From the NCBI GenBank assembly GCA_038231275.1, contig JBBRLQ010000010.1:181993-245992 (forward strand): a DNA stretch of 64,000 nucleotides. The letters are read 5' to 3'. The translations under genes were made by a program, and so were the position numbers. Positions within the stretch are counted from its first letter, which is position 1. The number at the start of each line of letters is the position of its first letter. Source of the DNA: Polyangiales bacterium (lineage in GTDB: Bacteria > Myxococcota_A > Polyangia > Polyangiales > Polyangiaceae). This document shows positions 41,506 to 50,655 of this stretch, piece by piece. The notes beneath the pieces are model-generated. The model was not told where the DNA came from and made no database searches. It worked only from the letters and a program-made list of their open reading frames with translations.

Positions 41506-41533
41506 GATGGCATTCTCCTTCACCTCTCCAACT

Positions 41534-41547
41534 GCAGCGCGCGTGCC
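41534..41547 (-). promoter_or_regulatory. sigma-54 -24/-12 box
   Basis: CGGCACGCGCGCTGCA. Confidence 0.6.
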
Positions 41548-41564
41548 GATGACACCGTAGCGCT

Positions 41565-41578
41565 GGCACGACGAGTGC
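41565..41578 (+). promoter_or_regulatory. sigma-54 -24/-12 box
   Basis: TGGCACGACGAGTGCT. Confidence 0.65.
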
Positions 41579-41618
41579 TGCTCCCGGGTCGCGCCCCGTG
41601 GCGCAAGGAGGAAACCTC

Positions 41619-41855
41619 ATGAGCAGTTTGAACGAGAGCGTGAAGCCGGAAAAGAAGAGCGGTGAGAGCGTGAACAAGACGGACGAGAAACAAGCCGATG
41701 ACCATAAGGATGCCGGCGAGATGCTCCCCGATAAGGTGCCCACCGTCATTCCGACACCGCGCCGGCCGCAGCACTCCCTTACCGAGGAGGACAAGCAGCG
41801 CGCGGATTGGGAGGGGATGACACCGAACAAGCCCACGAAATCGGACGAGGCGTGA
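41619..41855 (+). CDS. small hydrophilic protein, 78 aa
   Basis: strong SD AAGGAGG; Lys/Glu/Asp-rich. Confidence 0.7.
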   Translation: MSSLNESVKPEKKSGESVNKTDEKQADDHKDAGEMLPDKVPTVIPTPRRPQHSLTEEDKQRADWEGMTPNKPTKSDEA

Positions 41856-41980
41856 AGGCCATGCTCTAACGCGCGGGCGCGTTGGAGCGATGGCTGCGGG
41901 CGCGTTGGCGCCGCGCCTCGGCCGTGGGTATTTCGTGCCCACATCTTCTGAGGAGACGACCACCGATTAACTTGGTGCGC

Positions 41981-42457
41981 ATGATGTTGCGCAGAAGGCT
42001 GAAGGGTTCGTTCGTCGTTACGTCTACTCTCGCGGCCGCCGGTCTGTGCGGCGCGTGCTCGGGTCAAGCCGCCTCCGGAACAGAGAGGACATCGGAGGCG
42101 AGCAGTACCGCGCGCTCGGGACCGCGGCGGTGACGAACCCCCAGGAATCGAGCCTGGAGCGCGCGACGCACTCGGTGAAGACGGTGTTCCTCATCGTCAT
42201 GGAAAACCACAACTGGTCACAGATCGCGGGCAATCGTTCGACCCCGTACATCAACGACACACTGCTCCCCATGGGTGCGAAGGCCGAGCACTCCGTCAAT
42301 GGCGCCGTCCACCCCGGCGAGCCCAACTACGTCTGGCTCGAGGCGGGGGACAGCCTCGACGCTCCGCACGGTGCAGGAGATCTTCAGCGTGCAGCCGTTC
42401 CTCCGCGGGGCGGCGAGCGCGACGAGCCTTTCGGACCTCTTCGTGTCGTACCCTTGA
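41981..42457 (+). pseudogene. phosphoesterase / acid phosphatase family pseudogene
   Basis: signal ending CGAC in one frame; VFLIVMENH..PYIN..HPGEPNY in a second frame; C-terminal STLRTVQEIF..LSDLF back in the first frame. Confidence 0.75.
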
Positions 42458-42594
42458 CCTCGAGCGCATGAGCGAGACGTTTTCGCCACAGTGACGGAAA
42501 GGCCGAGGACCGCGCCGTCGGATACGGTCATGGAGTCGCCACGTTCCGCGCGGCTCGGCCGCGCTGCGGTGCGCTTGCCGCTGGCCTCGAACAT

Positions 42595-42608
42595 GGCGCG
42601 ATATTCGC
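42595..42608 (+). promoter_or_regulatory. sigma-54 -24/-12 box
   Basis: TGGCGCGATATTCGCT. Confidence 0.55.
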
Positions 42609-42622
42609 TTTGATCATGATCC

Positions 42623-44167
42623 GTGAACAACGAGGATCTCCCCCAAAGCGGCGACGTACTCGCCGGCAAGTACGCCATCGAGCACGTGGTGGGCGAGGGC
42701 GGCATGTGCGTCGTGTATGCGGCGAAGCACCTGCAGCTCCAGCAGCGCGTCGCTCTCAAGGTGCTGCGCCCCGACGTGGCGCATCGCGCCGAGGCGGTGG
42801 AGCGATTCATGCGCGAGGGGCGCGCCGCGATTCGGATCAGGAGCGAGTACTGCGTCCGCATCCTCGACGTCGGCATCCTCGACGCGGGCGATCCGTTCAT
42901 CGTGATGGAGCACCTCGAGGGCAGCGATCTCGAGACGCTCATCCTCGCGAACGGTCCGTCGCCCGTGACCCCGGCCGTCGACTACATTCTCCAAGCGAGC
43001 GAGGCGATCGCCGAGGCGCACACGCTCGGCATCGTTCACCGCGACCTCAAGCCCGCCAACCTCTTCTTCACGCGCCGCGCCGACGGGACCCCGTGGATCA
43101 AGGTTCTGGACTTCGGCATCTCCAAGGTCGCGCCGCTGGCCACGAGCCGCCGCGAGACGCGCCTCACTGGGCGCGACACCGTGATGGGCTCGCCGCAATA
43201 CATGTCCCCCGAGCAGCTGCGCGCGACGCGTGACGTCGACGCCCGCGCGGACATCTGGTCGCTGGGAGCGATCCTGCACGAGCTCTTGAGCGGCGCGTCG
43301 CCGTTCGAGGGCGATACCGTGACCGCGGTGTGCGCCAGCATCATGCAGGACGAGCCCAAGCCGCTCTCCAAGATGCGTACCGACGTGCCGGCCGGCCTCG
43401 AGAACGCCGTGCTGCGATGCCTCGAGAAGGATCCGGAGCGGCGCTTCGCCACGATGGCCGAGCTCGCGGTGGCGCTCTCGGATTTCGCGTCTCCTGCAGG
43501 GCGCGCGTCGGCGCAACGCGTGATCGGGATTCTCCAGTCGGCGAGCGAGGGGCCTGCCGGCGGCATTCTCGTGCACGCGAACGAGAAGACCGCGTGGGGG
43601 TCGACCGATCCGTCGTGGAATACCGAGAACCGAAAGCGCCGGAGCCTCGGGGCGCGCCTCGCCAAGCTCACCGCCACGACCGCCATCCTCGCGGCCGCTG
43701 CCTATGGCGCGGTCCTCTACGCAGGGACGAAGGGGATCGCCGTCTCGTCGGCGGTCGGCCGAATCGCGTCGCTGGTCGACGCGCCGAAGCCGGCGCCGCT
43801 TGCTCTGCCTCCCACGCCCACCCTGAAGAACGATCACCCCGAGATTCCGCCGCCGCCGCCCGTCGCGAATTTGCCGTCGCCTTCGCCCGCGGGCCTCATG
43901 CCGGCGCCCACCAGCAGCTCGTCGGTCGTTGTTGCGCGTCCGTCGCCGCCTCCCCCGCCTCCGCCGCCTGTGCTCCCCGCCGCGCCGCATGCGCAGGCGC
44001 CGCAAAGCGCTCCGCTTCCGAGCCCCGCGTTTTACCTGCCGCCGGTGACCGCGGCGACTCCCGACGAGCCGCCGGCGCCTCCAGTCACGCCGGCCGTGGC
44101 TGCGCCCCTTCCAGTGCCGGCCTCGGCGCCTCCCAACCCCGACGGCCTCTTCGACGGACGCAAGTAA
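42623..44167 (+). CDS. Ser/Thr kinase with TM segment and Pro-rich exported tail
   Basis: GEGGM, VALK, HRDLKPAN, DFG, GSPQYMSPEQ; TM; poly-Pro tail. Confidence 0.93.
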   Translation: MNNEDLPQSGDVLAGKYAIEHVVGEGGMCVVYAAKHLQLQQRVALKVLRPDVAHRAEAVERFMREGRAAIRIRSEYCVRILDVGILDAGDPFIVMEHLEGSDLETLILANGPSPVTPAVDYILQASEAIAEAHTLGIVHRDLKPANLFFTRRADGTPWIKVLDFGISKVAPLATSRRETRLTGRDTVMGSPQYMSPEQLRATRDVDARADIWSLGAILHELLSGASPFEGDTVTAVCASIMQDEPKPLSKMRTDVPAGLENAVLRCLEKDPERRFATMAELAVALSDFASPAGRASAQRVIGILQSASEGPAGGILVHANEKTAWGSTDPSWNTENRKRRSLGARLAKLTATTAILAAAAYGAVLYAGTKGIAVSSAVGRIASLVDAPKPAPLALPPTPTLKNDHPEIPPPPPVANLPSPSPAGLMPAPTSSSSVVVARPSPPPPPPPPVLPAAPHAQAPQSAPLPSPAFYLPPVTAATPDEPPAPPVTPAVAAPLPVPASAPPNPDGLFDGRK

Positions 44168-44179
44168 AGAGGACGCACA

Positions 44180-45193
44180 ATGCTCCCTTCCCTCCATCGA
44201 ATCTGTTGGGGTGCCTCGGTCATGTGCGTGATGTTCGCGGCGGGCTCGGCGCACGCCGCAGATCCCGCGGCGGCGCAGGCGCTCTTCGACGACGCAAAGA
44301 AGCTGGTCGCCGAAGGGCGTTGGGCGGCCGCGTGCCCGAAGCTCGAGGAGAGCCAGCGACTCGATCCGGGCATGGGCACCGAGTTCCACCTCGCGAGCTG
44401 CCACGAGCACATCGGAAGAAACGCGACCGCATGGGCGGAGTACCTCGACGTCGCATCGGCCGCGAAAACGGCGGGGCAGGGCGCTCGGGAGAAGGCAGCC
44501 CGGGACCGCGCGGCCGCGCTCGAGCCGCTGCTCTCGCGGATGAAGATCATCGTGCCGAACGACACGCCGGGGCTCGTCGTGACGCGCGATGGGGTCGAGG
44601 TGGGACGGGGTCAGTGGGGCGCGGCCCTGCCGCTCGATCAGGGCCCCCACCTTCTCGTCGCCCGCGCGCCCGGGAAAAAGACGTGGGAGCGCAACATCCG
44701 GCTCTTGGCCGACGCGCGTACCGTCGAAGTCTCCGTTCCCGTTCTCCCGGACGAGCCCACCGGTGTCGTCGTGCCGCCTGCGCCCCTCCCCGTGGGGGAG
44801 GCGGCCGCTTCCGTCGATCCCGAGCGCGGCAGAGGCGCCCGCATCGCCGGCGCCACCCTCGCTATCGTCGGCCTCGCGGGCATCGGCGTCGGCACCGGCT
44901 TCGGCCTCATGTCCAAGTCGAAGCACGACGACGCGCAGGGGCACTGCACGGCGTCGAACCAGTGCGACACCGACGGCCTCGGCCTCCGCAGCGACGCGAT
45001 CCGCGACGGAACGATCTCGACCGTCGCGTTCATCGCCGGCGGCGCCGCGCTGGCGACGGGCGCGATCCTCTGGCTCACGGCGCCTTCTTCGTCTTCCACT
45101 CCCTCCGACGCCTCGCCGCGGTCGGTTCGCCTCCAGGCGGCTCCCCAGGTGGGAATGGGCACGATGGGGCTGACCGTGCGTGGGCTCTTCTGA
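44180..45193 (+). CDS. exported TPR + PEGA-like protein
   Basis: signal AHA/A; AQALF..A..ACPKLEES.RLDP; RDG..PLDQG.H; hydrophobic hairpin; ends GLF. Confidence 0.8.
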   Translation: MLPSLHRICWGASVMCVMFAAGSAHAADPAAAQALFDDAKKLVAEGRWAAACPKLEESQRLDPGMGTEFHLASCHEHIGRNATAWAEYLDVASAAKTAGQGAREKAARDRAAALEPLLSRMKIIVPNDTPGLVVTRDGVEVGRGQWGAALPLDQGPHLLVARAPGKKTWERNIRLLADARTVEVSVPVLPDEPTGVVVPPAPLPVGEAAASVDPERGRGARIAGATLAIVGLAGIGVGTGFGLMSKSKHDDAQGHCTASNQCDTDGLGLRSDAIRDGTISTVAFIAGGAALATGAILWLTAPSSSSTPSDASPRSVRLQAAPQVGMGTMGLTVRGLF

Positions 45194-45206
45194 ACGAGGA
45201 AACGCG

Positions 45207-46343
45207 ATGAGATCGACGACGACGCTCGCCATTTCTCTCTTCGCCACCGTCATGATCGGGGCGACCGGCTGCAACGCCATCCTCGACAACCAGTCCGGCG
45301 AACCGCTCGACGCCGGGACCGACGTCTCGAGCTTCGACGCGGGGATCGCCTTCGACGCGAACCGTCCCCAGGACGCGACGCTCCCGCCGCCGCCCGACGC
45401 CGGCGCGACCGATGACGCGGGACAGTGCTCCAACGGGCAGAAGCTCTGCTTCGGTCAGTGCGTATCGATCAACGATCCGCTTTACGGCTGCGACGTCGAG
45501 GCCTGCAGCCCATGCAAGACCAACCGCGCGACGTCGATCTGCGCGGGGGGCCGATGCGCGATCGGGGCGTGCAACGCGGGCTACGCAGACTGCAACCAAG
45601 GAGGCGGCGACGGCTGCGAGACCGATCTCTCGCAGACCGCCCACTGCGGCTCCTGCAACGCGGTGTGCCAGGGATCGGCGCCGTACTGCGCGCCCAGCGG
45701 CGCGTCCTTCACGTGCTCCACGAACTGCCCCGCGCAAGCGCCGACGTTGTGCGGCGCCCAATGCGTCGATCTGGCGACGAGCGAGTCGCACTGCGGCGAT
45801 TGCAACACGTCGTGCCCCGTCGTCGCCAACGGCCGCGAGACGTGCGTGGCGCGCGTCTGCCAGCTCTCGTGCGACGCCGGCTTCCATCAATGCGGGAACT
45901 CGTGCGCGAGCAACGTCGATCCTGCAACATGCGGGGGCGCCTGCACGCCGTGCACGGCGCCCGCGAACGCGACGGCCACCTGCAGCGCGAGCGGAGTGTG
46001 CGGGTGGGCGTGCAACCCAGGATTCCACGCGTGCGGCGCGAGCTGTGTGTCGAACAACGACGTCGCGACGTGCGGCGCCTCCTGCGCGCCGTGCCCCAGC
46101 GCGAACGCCACGGCGTCGTGTACCGCGGGGTTGTGCGGCTTCACCTGCGGCGCCGGCTTCGCCGACTGCGACACGAGCGCGGCGAACGCCTGCGAGGTCA
46201 ACGTCGACACCGACGCGAACAACTGCGGCGTGTGCGGTCACTCGTGCGCCGGCGACCCGTGCGTGGCCGGCGCGTGCCAAGTTCCCGACGCGGGACCGGG
46301 CGATTCGGGCGCGGGCGACGCCGCGGACGCTGGCCCCGGCTGA
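45207..46343 (+). CDS. Cys-rich repeat lipoprotein (CGxCxxxC repeats)
   Basis: lipobox ATGC; repeated HCG.C...C and CVD units; DCD....NACE. Confidence 0.85.
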   Translation: MRSTTTLAISLFATVMIGATGCNAILDNQSGEPLDAGTDVSSFDAGIAFDANRPQDATLPPPPDAGATDDAGQCSNGQKLCFGQCVSINDPLYGCDVEACSPCKTNRATSICAGGRCAIGACNAGYADCNQGGGDGCETDLSQTAHCGSCNAVCQGSAPYCAPSGASFTCSTNCPAQAPTLCGAQCVDLATSESHCGDCNTSCPVVANGRETCVARVCQLSCDAGFHQCGNSCASNVDPATCGGACTPCTAPANATATCSASGVCGWACNPGFHACGASCVSNNDVATCGASCAPCPSANATASCTAGLCGFTCGAGFADCDTSAANACEVNVDTDANNCGVCGHSCAGDPCVAGACQVPDAGPGDSGAGDAADAGPG

Positions 46344-46388
46344 CACGCCTGACGCCTGACATGCCTGACACGCCACGCCTGACACGCC
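46341..46388. repeat. imperfect tandem repeat of TGACACGCC (about 5.5 units)
   Basis: tgacacgcc tgacgcc tgacatgcc tgacacgcc acgcc tgacacgcc. Confidence 0.8.
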
Positions 46389-46391
46389 AGA

Positions 46392-47015
46392 TCAGAAGCG
46401 CGTCAGGAGGTGAACGCCGACGACGACGGCGGAGGCGAGCAGCACGCCACCCATGGCGCGGACGATGATGTTGAGGGACGCGGGGCGCAAACGAACGCGC
46501 GCGACGAGCCACACGAGGATCGTGAACCAGCTCAAGATCCCCGCGCCCGCGCCGAGGCCGAACGAGATCGCCGCGGACGATGACGTCGCCGCGATGCCGG
46601 TCGAGTGCGCGATGCCCACAGCGGCGCCCCATGTCACGAGCAAGGTCGGGTTCAGCGCTGTCATCGTGAACCCGAGGAGCGCGCTACGAGGTCCGCCGCG
46701 ATCTTGGGCCGCCTGCGCGCTCCCGCCGGTGGGTCCGCGGACGACGAAGTAGAGGCCCAGCGCGACGAGAAGCACGCACGCCGCGATGCGCGAGGCCACG
46801 ACGAGCTGCGGATATCGGGCGAGCACCGCCGTGAATCCCCAGAACGCGACCACCGCGTAGGTCGTCTCGGCGACCGCGGAGCCGAGCGCGATGTGCAGCC
46901 CCGTGCGCGGTCGCCCGAGGAGCGCGCGCGAGACGACCAACATGCCCACCGGTCCAGCCGTCGGGACCGAGCCGAGAAAGCCGAGCACGAAGCCGAGCAG
47001 GAGGGTGGCGACCAC
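46392..47015 (-). CDS. LysE/RhtB-family exporter
   Basis: P.AGPV...V.RAL..G, GFTMTALNP..L..W; about 6 TM; start uncertain (47015 or 47081). Confidence 0.85.
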   Translation of the reverse strand: MVATLLLGFVLGFLGSVPTAGPVGMLVVSRALLGRPRTGLHIALGSAVAETTYAVVAFWGFTAVLARYPQLVVASRIAACVLLVALGLYFVVRGPTGGSAQAAQDRGGPRSALLGFTMTALNPTLLVTWGAAVGIAHSTGIAATSSSAAISFGLGAGAGILSWFTILVWLVARVRLRPASLNIIVRAMGGVLLASAVVVGVHLLTRF

Positions 47016-47109
47016 GTACGCCTTGGATGCGCGTTCCGTGCCGGCGGGTTTCGGATGACCGCTCTTCGCGCCAAGCACCATCGGTGCGCGCCCGATCCTG
47101 AACCTGAAG

Positions 47110-47138
47110 TTGACCAGGATGATACGACCTCGTATCAT
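47110..47138 (+). promoter_or_regulatory. sigma-70 promoter overlapped by a palindromic operator
   Basis: TTGACC-N17-TATCAT; inverted repeat ATGATACGA-CC-TCGTATCAT at 47119-47138. Confidence 0.8.
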
Positions 47139-47144
47139 TTTTGG

Positions 47145-47582
47145 ATGGCTCGATCGGGCACCGCCCTCGCCTTCTCACGCGCGGACGCCGCGTTCGCCAT
47201 CGCGCTTCGCGCAGCGATCTCGCGGGCTAAGCTTCGCGGGATTGTCGATCCGGGAATGGGCCCCGTTCTCTTCGCCCTCCAGGCACGAGGCGTGCAATCG
47301 ATGTCCGAGCTCGCGGCCGCGGCGTCCGTGCCGCGCTCGACGATGACTGGAGTGATTGATCGCATGGAAGAGAGGGGCCTCGTTCGGACGGCGCCCAACC
47401 CGCTCGATGCTCGTAGCATCGTGGCGGCGCTCACGATCCGTGGGCGTGCCGTCGTGGAGAGGCTTCGAGACGTCGAGCGCGCGCTCGACGAGAAGATCGG
47501 CGAGGTCCTCGACGAGGACGAAGCCACGCAGCTGACGGCGCTCCTCGAGCGCCTCGCTGCGGCGTTCAGTACGAGTCCGTAA
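47145..47582 (+). CDS. MarR-family transcriptional regulator
   Basis: SELA......STMT..IDRME.RGLV.....LDARS...LT..G winged-helix motif. Confidence 0.9.
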   Translation: MARSGTALAFSRADAAFAIALRAAISRAKLRGIVDPGMGPVLFALQARGVQSMSELAAAASVPRSTMTGVIDRMEERGLVRTAPNPLDARSIVAALTIRGRAVVERLRDVERALDEKIGEVLDEDEATQLTALLERLAAAFSTSP

Positions 47583-47625
47583 TTTTTTTGCCGCGCGGTG
47601 GCGCGAGCACCCCCCGAGGTCAGTG

Positions 47626-48762
47626 ATGCGTAGCCTCCCCGTCTTCGCGCTTCTTCTCGTCGTCGCATGCAGCTCATCGTCGACGGCGCCGCTCGGCGAC
47701 GGCACCGGCACGGGCGGCGGCGCCGACTCCGGTCCGGCGGGCAGCGACGGTGCTCCCGATCCGATCGACGGCGGCAGCGGCGTGCCGGGCTCCGACAGCG
47801 CGGCGGGCACGCCGGACGGGGGCGGCGGCGACGCGGGGATCGGCGGAATCGGGCTAGGAACCGTGTCGAGCGTCACCGACGGCGCCTGCCCCGCGGGCAT
47901 GCCTGCGGGCGCGACGTGCAAGGTGGTGACCGTCACCGGCTGCCCGATGCTCGCGGCGGAGTCGCTCCAGGCGACGGTCGGGATCCTGGCGCCCACCGGC
48001 GCGGTGAAGGGCACGGTCACGCATTTCAAAGGCGGCGGCGGCGAAGGCATCGAGAACGCGGGCGCCACCGACTATGCCGCGGCGGGCCTTCGCCAGGTCT
48101 TCGTCTCGTGGAACAGCGACTGGGAGCTCACGAAGAGCGCGGGCATCAAGGCCGCGGCGTGCCGGCCGGCCACGCTCCTCAAGTGGATCTTCGACACCGT
48201 CCACGGTGGCTCGCGCACCGACGCGTTCTGCGGCCAAGGCCACTCGGGCGGCTCTGCGCAGCTCGGCTACGCGCTGGCGCAGTACGGAATGGCCGACTAC
48301 CTGGACTACGTGAACGAGCTGTCGGGGCCGCCGTTCGCGCGTATCGATCTTGGCTGCGACGGCGACGCGCCGCCGACGGCGAGCGTGTGCGGCGTCGCCG
48401 ACACGATGAAGCTCCCCGGCTCGCTGAACGCGTGGGAGAACATCGCCGCTCCGCTGACGTGCGGCTCGAAGAACGTCCCTCCCGCCGAGCTCCAGCGCTG
48501 GAAAGACGACAGCATCGCGATCGGCGGCGTGTACGACTACCCGAAGACCGAGGTGCAGTTCTACGACTGCACGAACAACGCGACGGCGGTGACCGCGATG
48601 GCGCAGATCTTCATGGGCGTCATCGCGCAGGCCGAAGGAAGCGGCGGGCTCGTCGGCTACCACTGCGTCTCGGCGGCGGACGGGTGCACCGGCGAAGGGC
48701 TCGGGCCGCGCGGTCAAGAGGCCACCGACGCCCTCCTCAAAGGCTGTACGCCGCGCCACTGA
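47626..48762 (+). CDS. lipoprotein with alpha/beta-hydrolase-like domain
   Basis: lipobox VVAC; Gly/Asp linker; nucleophile elbow GHSGG. Confidence 0.7.
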   Translation: MRSLPVFALLLVVACSSSSTAPLGDGTGTGGGADSGPAGSDGAPDPIDGGSGVPGSDSAAGTPDGGGGDAGIGGIGLGTVSSVTDGACPAGMPAGATCKVVTVTGCPMLAAESLQATVGILAPTGAVKGTVTHFKGGGGEGIENAGATDYAAAGLRQVFVSWNSDWELTKSAGIKAAACRPATLLKWIFDTVHGGSRTDAFCGQGHSGGSAQLGYALAQYGMADYLDYVNELSGPPFARIDLGCDGDAPPTASVCGVADTMKLPGSLNAWENIAAPLTCGSKNVPPAELQRWKDDSIAIGGVYDYPKTEVQFYDCTNNATAVTAMAQIFMGVIAQAEGSGGLVGYHCVSAADGCTGEGLGPRGQEATDALLKGCTPRH

Positions 48763-48853
48763 GATTTCGCCTCCCCAGCATTTCCGATAGGCGAGGTCCT
48801 CCACGGCCGAGCCGCCGTCGCGAACGGAAACCGAGCTCGATCGGCGGCGGGAT

Positions 48854-49792
48854 GTGACACGCTGGTTCACCGTGGCCGACACGCCCGAACAAGAGTCCCG
48901 GCTCGCCCGGTTGTGGCACCTCACCGAGAGGGTCGTCCGCGGTCTGTTCACACATCATGCGTTCGACCACGCGGGGACGATGGCGTTCTACTTCTTCCTC
49001 GGGTCGATCCCCCTGCTGGTCGTCATGGGCCTGCTCGTGGGGAGCATCGTCCAGGTCCGCGGCGCCGAGGAGCTGGCGGCTCCTTTCTATCGGGCGATGC
49101 CGGCGGTCGCCGCCGATTTGTTCCGCAACGAGCTGCGTGACATCGGCGACACGAGCGGCACGTCGCTCGCGCCCGTCAGCGTCCTCGGCTTCGTCTGGCT
49201 CACGACCAACGGCGTCCACAACTTGATGGACGTGTTCGAGATCCTCATCGGCGCGCGCCCCCGGCCATGGTTTCGCCAGCGCCTCATCGCGGTCATGTGG
49301 GTGGCGGCGGTCCTACTCGTGATCGCGGGTGCAACTTGGATTCTCCTCCTCGTCAACGGCGTCACGACGGGCCTCGGGGCCACCTCTCACATTCCCGTCC
49401 TGCTGCGCCGGCTCAGCGAGTTCTTCGCGCGCGGCTGGCAGCGCTTCGGCGTGCTCGTCGTGTTCTCGGTCCTGGCGAGCGTGGGCCTCGCCACATTCTA
49501 TCGCACCGCCGTGGTGCATCCGAGCGATGTCAGACGGCGCGTTTGGCCGGGGACCTTCATCGCGCTGGCGTTGTGGACGCTCGTGTCGTGGGCGTTCGGC
49601 ACGTACGTGCAGAAGATCGCCCACTACGCCGTCTATTACGGCAGCCTCGCCACGGTGGCGGTCATCCTCTTGTGGCTGTACCTGACCAGCCTTGCGCTCC
49701 TCGTCGGCGCCGAGGTGAACGCGCAGCTCGAAGGCGTTCGCGCGCTGCCGCGAGCGAAGGGCCATGGGGCGCGACACGCGGGCGCACCGTAG
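48854..49792 (+). CDS. YihY / BrkB family membrane protein
   Basis: AFYFFLGSIP, WPG, YGSL..V..LLWLY...LL.GAE.N. Confidence 0.92.
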   Translation: MTRWFTVADTPEQESRLARLWHLTERVVRGLFTHHAFDHAGTMAFYFFLGSIPLLVVMGLLVGSIVQVRGAEELAAPFYRAMPAVAADLFRNELRDIGDTSGTSLAPVSVLGFVWLTTNGVHNLMDVFEILIGARPRPWFRQRLIAVMWVAAVLLVIAGATWILLLVNGVTTGLGATSHIPVLLRRLSEFFARGWQRFGVLVVFSVLASVGLATFYRTAVVHPSDVRRRVWPGTFIALALWTLVSWAFGTYVQKIAHYAVYYGSLATVAVILLWLYLTSLALLVGAEVNAQLEGVRALPRAKGHGARHAGAP

Positions 49793-49804
49793 GTTTCGCG
49801 AGGC

Positions 49805-50488
49805 TCACTTGCTCATGTCGGCTTGAACGCGCTCGGCGTCTTTGAGGTGCTCCGCGATCTTCGGCCGCACCGAGAGCAAGAACGACCGAACATCGCTGTC
49901 CTTGGCGGCGGGCACCAGCTTGCCGTCGATCATGTCGAGGACGGCCCGATGCTCTTTTATTTGAGCGTCGACGTACGCCCTGTCGAACTCCGCGCCGTTC
50001 TTCATACGAAGCTCGTCGGTGGTTTGCGCGACGTCGGTCTCGAGGCTCGTGCTGGTCGTGGAGTCGGCGAGCGTCAGCCCTACCATCTTGGCGACGTCGG
50101 AGCCCTTCCTGTCGGCGTCGGCGTGCTCCGCCACGATCATCGCCGCGAGCTTCTTCACGCGTGCGTCCTGCGCTTTGGCCTGCGCGAGCCTGGCCTGCCC
50201 GACCTCGCCGGCGTTGGCGGTGTGCGTCACTTGGAGGATCTGGGCATCGCTGAGCATTGCGTCCGCGGCGTTCGCAGCCGCGTTCGTCATGGGCGTCGTC
50301 GGCGTCGCAGGGACGCCTGCCGGCGGCGTCTCGTGCGGCGACCATGGATACGGCATCGTGACGCTGGCGTCGGAGGTAGTCGCGCCGGTGGTCGTCGTCG
50401 TCGAGGTCGTCGGCGTGTCGCGGCACCCCGTGGCCGCGAGCGCGAGAGTCGTCAAACAGCCAAGCGCAAGGGGACGGGCGAGCTTCAT
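49805..50488 (-). CDS. DUF4142-domain lipoprotein
   Basis: lipobox ATGC; AN.GEV....LA, MIVAEH, FDRAY...Q..EH, EHL. Confidence 0.9.
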   Translation of the reverse strand: MKLARPLALGCLTTLALAATGCRDTPTTSTTTTTGATTSDASVTMPYPWSPHETPPAGVPATPTTPMTNAAANAADAMLSDAQILQVTHTANAGEVGQARLAQAKAQDARVKKLAAMIVAEHADADRKGSDVAKMVGLTLADSTTSTSLETDVAQTTDELRMKNGAEFDRAYVDAQIKEHRAVLDMIDGKLVPAAKDSDVRSFLLSVRPKIAEHLKDAERVQADMSK

Positions 50489-50550
50489 GGTGTTCTCCTC
50501 GGAAGTTGAAAATGGCGCGACCGCGAGGTCGAGCCTCGCGAGCGCCCAGT

Positions 50551-50564
50551 GCAATCCGGGTACC
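50551..50564 (-). promoter_or_regulatory. sigma-54 -24/-12 box
   Basis: CGGTACCCGGATTGCA. Confidence 0.6.
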
Positions 50565-50655
50565 GCTGCCCGTGTACGGCGACTTGCATGTCCAGGAGCA
50601 GGACAGGAGAAGCAGCGGAGGGGTGGCGATCGTGCGCGCGTGCGGCGTTTCGACG

